NCBI GenBank assembly: GCA_002633005.1
Contig: NMRA01000037.1
Coordinates: forward strand, 654,703-718,702
DNA length: 64,000 bases
Source of the DNA: Phoronis australis
Taxonomy: Eukaryota; Animalia; Phoronida
Reading direction: 5' to 3'
A program made the translations under genes and the position numbers. Each line of letters opens with the position of its first letter. Within the stretch, counting starts at the first letter, position 1. This document shows, one piece after another, positions 46,988 to 58,030 of the stretch. The notes beneath the pieces were generated by a model. It searched no databases, was not told the origin of the DNA, and worked only from the letters and a program-made list of their open reading frames with translations.

Positions 46988-48397
46988 TTAATAAATAAAT
47001 GGCAGTAGTCGACACGGAACACGATCTACATACTCCTGCCAGTATTTACCGTATTTTTTCGAACACTTGTCGTCGTCTCTGTACGATCTGTGAACCAATA
47101 AAATGCATAGTAAGACGAAGTATGAGTAGGGAAATATGTTATCAAACTTTGCTGGAACCGACCAGCAAAAAGCTAGCACCAACTCTGGAACGTAATGGAA
47201 GTGCCGGGCCAGGGCCCAATAACCAGAGACAAGTAGTACGCTTTGTTTGGTCTCGCCGCTTTCCAGTGTATATTCGGCCCGAATGACGTCCGGTCTCTTT
47301 CCCCAAATTAAACAGTTACCGTTGGTTGCACGACATCTTTGTTTCTGCCAGTCCGCGGAATAGTTTATAGCAATAGCCGCCCCACCTAGTGCCAGTATTG
47401 CTGCGCTCCACAGGGAACCTAAGTGGACAGGATGGGACACTAGGTAGAAGCTAACAGAGACATAATATGATGGCACGAAACACAAACATCCCCAGCAAAT
47501 CATGAATCCGGCACGATCCATCATAATATCGATTGTGTTCATGTACCCTGCTTCCCACCAGAAGAATTTGGTAAGGTACACGATCTGCAATGCTGTAGTT
47601 ACTACCATGCTGTCGACGACACCATGTACCTCGTAGCTCTTCAAAGCGTAGATGGTTACAAGAAGCGGCCAGGCAGTCATCCCAAAGCGGCAGTTAGTGA
47701 ACACCTTGATATCCCATCCCCAAACGGATGGATACAGTTCTGTGCCCCAATAGTAGTCCATTATTACGTTGCCATTTGAGCCGCTGTCTGTTGTGGACGG
47801 AAAGAAGAGGCCCTTGAAGTACAGGAAGACGCAAAACAACAAGCTGAACAGGTTCAGCGTTACAAGTATATCCCCAAAGTTGTCGTAAACAATGGTCGGA
47901 GAAATTCCGTTACGTTTCAGTGCAATTGTCATTGCAGCCAGCGCGATCATGTTGATGACGTAGATAGTGAAACCATTATCCCTGTATCGTGGTATGTTCC
48001 CCTTGGGTGTTATCGGCCCTGTCACTTCTCGTCCGGGAACAATGCGCATGAGTGTCAGTTGGAAGACGGCGTAGCTACCGATCAAACCAACGGAGAATCG
48101 GGTCACGCGCACGCTCGAGTATAGGTCCAACAACCCACCAAGAAATGTTTGTCTCTGCCAAAGGTTTGTCATCATGCTCAAATAGCTCCCGTCGTACTTT
48201 TTGGCTGCATACCACTGAAGTAGGATAAAATTGGGCATGATAACTATCATGGCTAACGGCAAGATGACGTAGAACACGGCACGATTACGAAAGGGGTTGG
48301 AAAATCTGACCTTCACGTCACTGTCGATTCCATCGACTGAAACCACGTGCCCGTTCGTTGAGCTGTTTTCTTGAGTTCGTTTTCTTGTCTGGTTCAT
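46988..48397 (-). CDS. DHCR7: 7-dehydrocholesterol (sterol delta-7) reductase, ERG4/ERG24 family, intronless CDS, DWF5-like motifs
   Basis: Intact 469-aa multi-TM ORF with YYWGTELYP, DIKVFTNCRFGM, TKFFWWEAGY, DRAGFMICWGCL, SGYWALARHFHYVPE and the C-terminal ERG4/ERG24 signature LLVHRSYRDDDKCSKKYGKYWQEY. A splice acceptor (ccatttcag|catcATG) lies 4 nt before the ATG. Confidence 0.93.
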   Translation of the reverse strand: MNQTRKRTQENSSTNGHVVSVDGIDSDVKVRFSNPFRNRAVFYVILPLAMIVIMPNFILLQWYAAKKYDGSYLSMMTNLWQRQTFLGGLLDLYSSVRVTRFSVGLIGSYAVFQLTLMRIVPGREVTGPITPKGNIPRYRDNGFTIYVINMIALAAMTIALKRNGISPTIVYDNFGDILVTLNLFSLLFCVFLYFKGLFFPSTTDSGSNGNVIMDYYWGTELYPSVWGWDIKVFTNCRFGMTAWPLLVTIYALKSYEVHGVVDSMVVTTALQIVYLTKFFWWEAGYMNTIDIMMDRAGFMICWGCLCFVPSYYVSVSFYLVSHPVHLGSLWSAAILALGGAAIAINYSADWQKQRCRATNGNCLIWGKRPDVIRAEYTLESGETKQSVLLVSGYWALARHFHYVPELVLAFCWSVPAKFDNIFPYSYFVLLCILLVHRSYRDDDKCSKKYGKYWQEYVDRVPCRLLPFIY

Positions 48398-48670
48398 GAT
48401 GCTGAAATGGACAAAAGAAGTTACAAGCAGAGCAACTATTGGTGTGCAGTTAGACCTTTATTTGATCATTGTGCCGGTATACGTCACTCACTTCCTTCAT
48501 ACCAATTATGCCTGATAATGTGCGAATTGACTCGAATTTACAAATAGTCGCAATTGATGCGGTTCAGCGGAGTCAACCGGCACCGTTCCGTAGACCCAAG
48601 ACGCTTGCGCTACACTTGAGGCAAGAAGTCATCGGTTATGGAACGGGAACAGTTGCTTCCGGGGTATATT

Positions 48671-48818
48671 CATGGGCGGCGCACCGTAGGGGGCTGGGGG
48701 GCATAGCCCCCCACTTTTTTCAGTGCTACACCGCACGTGGTCTATACGCGGTGCACCACAGGGGGACTGAGGGCTTTAGCCCTCCCCCCACACTTTTTTC
48801 AGTGCTGCGCCGCCCATG
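48671..48818. mobile_element. 148-bp MITE upstream of the DHCR7 CDS (probably in its 5'UTR intron)
   Basis: 13-bp TIR catgggcggcgca / tgcgccgcccatg with an internal direct duplication. Confidence 0.7.
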
Positions 48819-51800
48819 TATATAGCTGTAATATGCTGACGTAAGAGTTTGAATTGTGCACCTGCACTTCCTGTACTGTTGCCAAAATTAATCTCGACAC
48901 CGCTGTTCTACTAAAAAAAACTTTGAATGGAAATTCAATGGCGATTGTTTTTTTCTTCCATTGGGCTAGGCTAAAAAACAGCATACCAGGAATTTTTTTC
49001 CGTCCGATTTTACGAACAGAACGCTAATTTGAGCATTGTAGGAGAAAAACGCTTCCTCTGGGATATTCCATTGGAAATGTTCGGAGTCAAAATGCTTTGG
49101 TCTATAGTATTGCACTGGGAAAAGGTTTTGCTAACTTTTCAGCTAAAAGAGTCCAATTTGTCGCTACACGAGGCTTTCTTGTAGCGCCTCAGTCATTCTT
49201 TATTCCTGTGCCGGGTTGCATGAAACAGTCACAGACAGGGAGTCAACTAAGTTCCCTAAATCTTTTGCCTATTTGTGTCTTTCAATACTGATAGATGAAT
49301 TTTTTTGTCAAGTCAGTTTATTATGAGCTTCTGTTTAACTAATTGATATTTTCTAACAATAAATATTGAACCCTGAATTCAATGAAAACAGAAGGGGACT
49401 TAGTCCCTAAATTAGGGGCGTTACATGAAAAGACCCCTATTCATTTTCGATAATATTGAGAATTCAATGTTGAGTTCACTCTCGATTTGTATCAAAGCCA
49501 AAAGATGACTTAGTAATGAAACTAAAACAGCATAAGAAAGGACAATCGGTGTCCTTACAAGTCCACCAATACGCAGAAGGTTTAAGGAACCTGGTTGAGC
49601 GACTGTTTCATGCAACCGAGCACTAGGGACTTCACGCAACAATACGTCAGTTGCATTGTTGACTTCAGGATAATTTGACGACAGTTTGAGCGAATTTTTC
49701 ATAAATGTGTATAAAAAAAATCCCCAAGTAGTCCACATCCTGCTGTTAACGTGCCACATCAGATGGCGAGAATAACATAAGCATGATCAGATGACGCGTG
49801 CCTCGAGAATCTGTCGCACAAGAGATTTGTTAATCGTTGCATTTAGTAGTCGGTAAATCAATCTTTTAACAAGATCTCTGTTTAAGATTCTGAGTATTGG
49901 CTATGCATTTTGTAGCCTTGTAACAAGGTTGCGAAGCTGCATAAATATGCAGATTTTGGAACTGCACCAAGGCTTCTGTGGAATAAGCCAATACTCAGCT
50001 CTTAAGCAGATCTGAAGGATCATGGCAGCGCTTTTCACAGATTTGTGAAATGGACATAAACCAAAGGAATAGTAGGAAATTACTTGTTCAGTGTGTTAAT
50101 ACCACAGGCCCTTGAGTTTTTCTGTTCCACGATTACCACTGACGTCACTCACTGTAATAAAACATAAAAGTTAGACACTAAAAATCGGTTTGCTCAGAAT
50201 TTTTTACTCAAATGTGCATGGAACTCTACTAAAACAGCATCGAACAAGTCTTTGAATACATGCTTCATTTGATCGCACAAAATTGCTTTCGAGTGGTGAT
50301 TTGACGACATATATGTAAAAAAACGCAAAAAATCACAAACTCAAGGAGGCTATTTTGTGACGTTCATGGCAAACGACCTTCGTACACATCCGGATTTTTC
50401 ACGGATGCTCCCGAAGCAATTCCGAAGCTGTTTTCGCGGGCCCACGAATGATATTTGAGTGCCCTCCATGTAATCTAGTGTCAATTTGAATGTATTTAAA
50501 CTCTGATTTTGTAAAATGACGTTGTTTATAATCAAAGAACCACGGGTTACTGGCTACTAATGTAAGCCTACTGCTAAATTCGGCAGTTGCCGATAGGTGA
50601 TTTCCGGTCAAACATTCAGAAATCTCCTACAAAAACCGACTGTTCGTTGTGCTTCAACTATCTGTAGCACATTATGTCAAGGCCAAGCACTAGATGGAAT
50701 GAGCTATAAGAAGAAGCAAATTACGCACACTTGAAAGGCAAATTTTGTTAATCATTTAAAATGGGGATTGGCAAATTTCTTTACTTGGACTGGGTTCGGC
50801 TTGGTCAAACTCGAAATTTTATCTTTGACAGGCGCACAGGTAAAAGCACAACTTAAATCCACCTTTAATAATTTAGCCTGCGTGAACTCCAGGTTTTCTG
50901 ATTGTTTTGGAAATTTCATCGCTTATCAGTCCATTTGTAAAACGAGGTTAAAGTAAGAATGTGAATTTCCACCTCCAGGACAAAGGAGACTTCTATCCAG
51001 GACCGTGTCGACATTGAAATTAGTGTATTAAAAATACTTCCCGTTTACGCTTTACTCCCGGTTTATACCCGTCGCATTTACATGTACATTGTAACTTTTG
51101 CCCGATGTGCCAAGCTGTTTCCGGCACAATTCCCGTTTACACGTAATAACTAACATTGTTGCCACGTGATCTTAATAAACTGTGTCACCCGGAATGCCTC
51201 GGATGTTTTCGTAACCTCAAATAATTTGAGGCCACGAAAATAGCAGAGGTGTTCCGTATGAAACGTAATAAGTTGCGTGTCGGCAAAGAACAAAGGTATT
51301 GTTCTTCAAACTTTTGACACTGTCATCAGATAATTAGAGAACTATGTTCAATTAATAACACATTATTAAACCGTTTTTATCTGTTTCATTGATATTATTG
51401 TTAATTACAGTACTGTACGCATGACCTATTATATGTGTGATTTGTGAAGTTTCGTCTAGTATATTTCCTTTTAGGTGCACGCGCTTATAATGCGAATCAT
51501 TTGGATAATGGCAAGATGCAACTGAAATTTAATGGCATCGGAATGAAGAGGTTGAACTGTTTGTTACGGTGGTTTGTGTTGAAATCCTTTCAAAATTGAA
51601 ACGAATCAATGTATTGAAAAACTCTAGAGTCGATAAAAGACACGAAAAGCATTCATCTCTACATCACCTACAATGGACTCCCTTGCGGTCCTAAGTCACG
51701 AGTTGAGCAAGAAATGCTCAGGTTATTTCCAATGTTTGACGTCTGGACACAAGTGCCTACCTGTACGTCGCCACCACCATGTTCATTCTTGTGTTGAATC

Positions 51801-52769
51801 CAGGTCTGAGAGTTAGCTATTTGTAGTTGGTAGGCTATGATATATGAAGCAGCACGTCTGCATTTGATGTCTGTATGAACAACCATTGATCATTGTATCC
51901 CGAACACGCCTGGGTTACGGGTTCATAAAATGTCTATAACATTCTCTCGGACACTGAAGTCGGGTGTTTTAGCACCGACTTCGACGTTGTACTGAGTAGT
52001 TTATTTTCAGACAGTGTTCACTATCGAGGCACAGGCGAATTTAGGATGGCGGGACAGTCTGTGCCCCTCGACCTCGACATTACTTAAATAGTTTGTTATT
52101 TGTACAGTGTAGTCGTCCTCCCCACCTCCCACCTCATAGGGTGATCCATGGGGATCAAGGGGGGTCTGGACCCCCCTTTTCCCTTGATTATAGTGATATC
52201 AAATCTAGAATTTTAAAATTGTTGACTTGGACTCCCTTTTTAAAAAGTTCTTGATTCGATCTCCCTTTTAAAAATTCTTGGATCCGCCCATGCACCTCGA
52301 GATTACCTAGAAATGCGGTGCATTAAACCACCGAGCTGGGACTGAAAGTCGCATTTTGATCATTTGCATTTTAATTTTCAGAGAGTAATTTTGTTCTTGG
52401 TATCAAGTCTACATGATATTGATCTCACACCATTCCTACAGGTAAGCCATTGAGTTTCGGTTGGGTATTTTATTACCATGTTTATTTCCACCAGTATACA
52501 AATTTCATCATCGTGAGATCTTAAAAACTTAAACGTTCATGACAGTCGCCTTACTATTACGAAAGCTACGTACCTAGAATTGTGTCATTATAATCTTAGG
52601 TTTGCCCCTACCCCTTAATTGTCAACAGACCCAGAGCTGTAGGAGAGTAATTTATTCTCTGAATACCCTAGTGTCTTGTACTTTGGTCTATCTTACAAAG
52701 TATGTGTCATTCTATTGACTATATATATTTAAAACAGCTATTAACCAGTGTTCAGTGGAAGAAATTAAC

Positions 52770-53250
52770 TTTAATTTGGACCACTTACCACTATGAAATT
52801 GGTCTCACCGTGTACTTTGCAAAGAACTGACAGATTGGTCGAGACCACGCTCGGCTTATAAAATGACAGCGACTGAGTCTGTAAAATGAGATACCCTGCT
52901 ATTGCGGTTGAATCTTTTCTTGCATGACATTCTGACAAACGTTTTTTTTGGTGAATTAGTCCCTTAAAAGGCCCGCAAAGTTCGTGGGTGTACATACTTT
53001 AAGCCTGTTGCACAAGTATCTAGTCTTAATCAGGTTAATTCCAGTATCGTGATCACGCAAGCAGAGTTTGTCTGATAAAATTCACGAGTTACAAAATTAT
53101 GCTGTGAGAGATGTGCTGTTTGCTGACGGTCTTTGTAGCACTAATTTTGTGCATTCGCGACTTATAAGCTGGGGCGGAATGGGTGAGAGGATAGATTTCT
53201 TCAGCTTTGTGTTATTTATACACCATGCGTATAGTTCATATTTCTTTTAT
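52770..53250 (+). mobile_element. Degenerate CR1/L2 LINE 3' ORF2 fragment
   Basis: DKIHELQNYAVRDVL...SRLISW...ERI resembles the xLQNxAxRxI...LxWxxxxxR motif; followed by an AAT/AAC-rich tail. Confidence 0.5.
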
Positions 53251-53817
53251 AAATTCATGTTGCAAATAAGTGATGATTAGGATTCATATAGTGTCAATGA
53301 AACCTTATCCTACAACCACCACTACTACCAACAATAACAACAGTAATAATAATAATGATAATTAATGTACAGTTGCGTGAATCACGTACACTTAAATTTA
53401 AATATTTTAAAGATTTTAATTCTACGTAGTAGCCACCGGCAAGATCTACGTGAGGTGAAGTTAACTCAGATTCCGCTGTTGCCGTTTACGAATACAAACA
53501 CACGTGTACGTACCTGACTGGACGAAGGCCAAAAGAGTGAAAGCACCGATGTGATTGTCACCGTGTCAAAGTTCGGAGAGATTTAAAGTTTGGACCTGGC
53601 GTGTTTCACTACCCAAAGGATTTTGTTTATAAGAACTGTCGAGGTGTGATAATGGAGTTGTTTTTGTTTATCTATGGCTTCGTTGAATAAACAGAACATT
53701 ATGTAATCCGCTTTCCCGGAACAGAACCTTTGGTAACCCAGCTGGCACGAATTATCAATGATGACACAGGGGAAGACAGAAGGGTCCGTTAAAAGATTTC
53801 ACTGCACGTTTTCAATT

Positions 53818-53990
53818 TAGTGGCGGATTTAAGGAGGGGGGGCGTCAAGGAGGTTATGGCCCCCCTAAAATTCTCCCAGATTCCATTTGGCACTATCGTT
53901 CGGGGGTGCGAACGTCTGACGTGCAAATTAAATCCTGGCAAATACTCTGCCCTGCCCCCACCCAACTCAAAATCCTGGATCCGCCCCTGC
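53818..53990 (-). mobile_element. MITE, same family as 44938-45093
   Basis: Reverse-complement match; ends agtggcggatt / atccgcccctg. Confidence 0.6.
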
Positions 53991-54579
53991 AATCAACAAC
54001 TGATATTTTAACATCTTAAAAGAGAGACTTTCAATTTGCACCAACACACATTAAACTGAAACTTTGACAGCATTGGGGCAATTCAAGAACGTCTAAGCTG
54101 AGCACGTCATGAAAGCCAAGGTCCGATAGTGAACGTTTGCGTTAAAAAGCAAATTTCGGAAAGACTATTTTGTATTATCCTTTGCTATTCATTTGACTAC
54201 AGACCAACATCACGATACTAACTGCTGTTACCGTTAGTCCTCAGTAATCAATTATGGAATTTTTCATAACTGTTTATGGCTGAACTTACACTCACTCTCC
54301 AGCTAAACAGGGCGAAATACAGTTTTAAAGTGCCGTGTATTCCTAAAACCGATAACTATCTGTAGATGCTCGCCTCCTGCTTTCATTACATTCTGTGGGT
54401 GTGTGGACGTTAAGTTGGCCCGTTTTGGCATCAGGGATGATTGGGCTACCTGCGCCACCTATCGGCGTTTTGCTGTTCAAAAGCACAATTTCAAACGTTC
54501 CTGGCTGTCCACAGCAACACCAAGTCTAGCGTTCGTTTAGTAAACGCCAGAACCTCGCGCAAACGCAAGACATGGCGAT

Positions 54580-56640
54580 TAGTCGGTGGGCCAGATCTCA
54601 TAGCGTTCATCCTTGTGAGTACTTTGGGGGGGGGCAACCTAGTTTTTTCTATGTGGCTACATAATTCCAAAAAGTTCCCACGTCTACACTTGCACATTTT
54701 TTTTAAAAAAGGTGTTTTTGTTGCACAAAATATGATGCACATTCCTGCCACTTGGTAGCGCTTTTCTATTGAATTGACCAATCAGAGAGCCAGATTGTAT
54801 TGTGCTTAGTTACTTCAATATGGCTGCTCCCATGGAGTGTGATGCCTGTATAATTCAAGGTTTATCAAACAGCACAAAATTGTGATGTCAGAGCCTAAAG
54901 AAGCTTAGAAAAGCTTCTTGACTAAAGCTGATGGACTGTGGAACTCTGTAGATCAGTAGATCAAAAAGAAGAAGAGGTGTCACAAACGTTTGTGCAGAAA
55001 ACAGCTGCATGTCCTGGTGTAGCCTACGCAGTATACTACTAAGTGCTGTAGACTAGAAGACCATGTGTCAGACCAAAAAATTGAAAGGACATAGAACGGC
55101 ATAGCAACGTTTCAAGGCACCAACAGTAGTAATAAAGCCGAAGTTGCTGAAAGTGATACAGATGTTATCAAAGATTTCCCAAGAAAATCAATTATACTTC
55201 CAAAATCTGAAACACCCAATTAACCTGAACAAGATAGGAACATTCTGAAACATGAGTGCATCATTTGTTAGCAGGAAAAGTATATTATGGACCATATTTC
55301 AAGAAATAGAAAGAAGTATAGCTTTCAAAAACAGGTACGTGTTTTTGAAAAGTACATCTTGGTGTTTTCCATGTGTGTTTCAGTATTATCATCAGTTGTT
55401 TTTTAACTTGTTCAGCTCCTTGGCTGCCTAGGCCTTAGACAATACCGCTGACGCAGTAGAGACGATGATCATACCATAGGTACTCCATATGCTGGATGCT
55501 TTTCGGCAAATTATGTTCCTATAAGTTTAGAAGTACCGCGTAGAGAGATGCCTCTGAGGAGGTTATTAATGTTTTCATTTGTTCCCAGTTTAAACAAATA
55601 CTCCTGCAATCCTGTTTTTCGAACAAAGTTCAGTTGCCACATCGACACTGCTTGCGCTAAGGGATAATCCTATGGCGTTATACTGTGGATGTGATTTTAA
55701 AGCACTTTAAGTCAAAACATTTTTGAGAAGATTAAATGGAGTAGATGGTTGCAAACAACATGCCCAAGTGGCCGTCATCCCCTGCCGTAGTCCTGGGATA
55801 GGGGGAACCTCTTCTCAATTTTTTGTAAACATAAATTACTTAGGTAGCTGCAATGATAATTAAATCGTTGCTGTCGTAATTTGTGGACGATGGAAGCCAC
55901 TGTCCATTTCGTCAAACGTTGATTACCTTAAGTATAAATCGATTGACTATGGTTTGAGCATCTGATTTAAAAAAATTAAATTTCAATCACTGCATTGGTA
56001 TATCAGCTGATTTATTTTCAGTTGCATCAACTAATCTAACTATTAGACGAGATAACATTTTTAGGCGACAGATCAGACGGCATGTAAATTTGTTAGGCTG
56101 GTGGTGGATCAGTTCCTGATAAGTCCGTCTGAAAAAGTTGCATGCCAACTCACTCATAGTTGAATGTTAAATTAGTGTTCACAGTTCGGGTTTTTTTCAG
56201 TTGGACTTGTATCGCAAGCAACAGCTCAGTCCAGAGCCCTGAATATGCAAATGAAATTCAAAGATAAAGACCTTGTGTCTTAGAAGCCAAGTACCACAGA
56301 TCATCATGCTATAAAAAATAGAAAGACAACGNNNNNNNNNNNNNNNNNNNNNNNNNNNNNNNNNNNNNNNNNNNNNNNNNNNNNNNNNNNNNNNNNNNNN
56401 NNNNNNNNNNNNNNNNNNNNNNTTTTTACAAATATAAGTTTACTAAGCTCTTTGGTGATTATTAGGTAACTTCAAACTCAAATTTCTCAAAAATGTGCAA
56501 CTTTATATGTGGGAACTTTTTAGATTTTGAAAACACTCTAATAAATGAATTAAAAAACACCAAAATAAAATTGCCCCCATAAAGTACTCACAAAAAACAT
56601 TTTCTAGAGGTCCTACAAATTCTGGCCCATGCACCGACCA
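54580..56640. mobile_element. Academ-like DNA transposon deletion derivative
   Basis: Imperfect TIRs tagtcggtgggccaga / tctggcccatgcaccgacca, 3-bp TSD gat|...|gat, decayed internal HECIIC coding remnant near 55250. Confidence 0.55.
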
Positions 56641-58030
56641 GATATATCGACAACAAGAGAAGCACGCGATTAGTCTTGTTTCCATGGCGAGATTCTTACG
56701 TTTATCAGGCGCAGAACTCCGGCCTGCCCTCTGTGCAGTACTCTCACACTCACGTACCGTCTACTTGCCGTTGATACCAACACTAGTATGGCTTTGTTTC
56801 AACCACACATCTCGTCAGGACATTTTGTGACAACTCAAAATACGGATCTGTGAATCAACATTTTGACTCCTTTGCTAATCTCGCCGCCGGGTTCAAGAAA
56901 TTTACAGGAGGGCAAAAGGAGCTCCATACATTAAACCCAATTGCTTTGCAATCCTCGCGAACTAAAACTTACCCTCGCAGTTCTTTCGACTTCCGGTCAT
57001 TTCGCTTCGTCTGAGGATTCCTCATGGACTTGTGGAAAACTGGGTTGTATTATTTCGAGTAGTCAAAGCCGTTTCACACGATAGTCGGCCATCTGACCAT
57101 TCTACCACATGTTAAAGTTGACTTGCGGAAGCTGGCCGCGTCGCTTTACAAATCTGATGTCGGGTGGCGAGTTTTTTAATGAATACCTGTTTTTGTGACT
57201 GGACTGGCAAATTTTTATGGTACGGTACAAACGAGTGCAATGTTAAACATAATTATGGACTCCGTGAATATGAATTTATCGAAATGCCTGTCTCTGTGCC
57301 TATTTGTTTCAGCATGGTTATCTGTCAAGCAGATGATCGCGCAAATTAGTGCTTCCATGGAGTCTGAATATGTCTAACATCCACAGACGTTTTGTCGATG
57401 GCAAACCATGTTTTTACTCTCACCTGTCCTTGTTCTAAAAAGTGAGACAATTTTATCCGTTTGTCATTTACGTGTTATGTCTCACCTCAGATTCAGTAAA
57501 ATTTGTCATTCGTATGAAAAATGATATATTCAGGGTCGCTTACGATAAAATTAATTATGCTGGGTGTTTCGGTTAGTGATCGTTTTTCGTGATTTTTAAA
57601 GTTGCTAAGAAGAGGGAGGGAAATTGCGTCAAAAGTCACCTGGCCTAAAGTGCGCCTACTTTTAGGGAGTTGGGACTTTAATCCACAAAACAGCAATTAT
57701 TGCTAATGGAAACTATAGTGCTTGTTCATTACACCATCCAGGCAAACTAGCGACTTTAGTCTACATGTCAAAATTATGTAATTCATTGTTTCGATTTTGC
57801 CTGAAGTTCGCAGACATTGTTTCCGCCAGTGTACCATCTCTCCACGATTCCTAGCACCCAGTAATAACTGTTTTAAAGCAAAAACTGTATCGAACCGTCA
57901 TTGTACTATTTCGTGTTCACAATCGAAATTATTCCGTAAATCGGCAGTCAAGTTCTTAAACAACATAAAATAAGAAATCTGTATCAGTTCACCACACCGG
58001 TAGCTGTAACTGTAGACGCACGTTCCGCTC

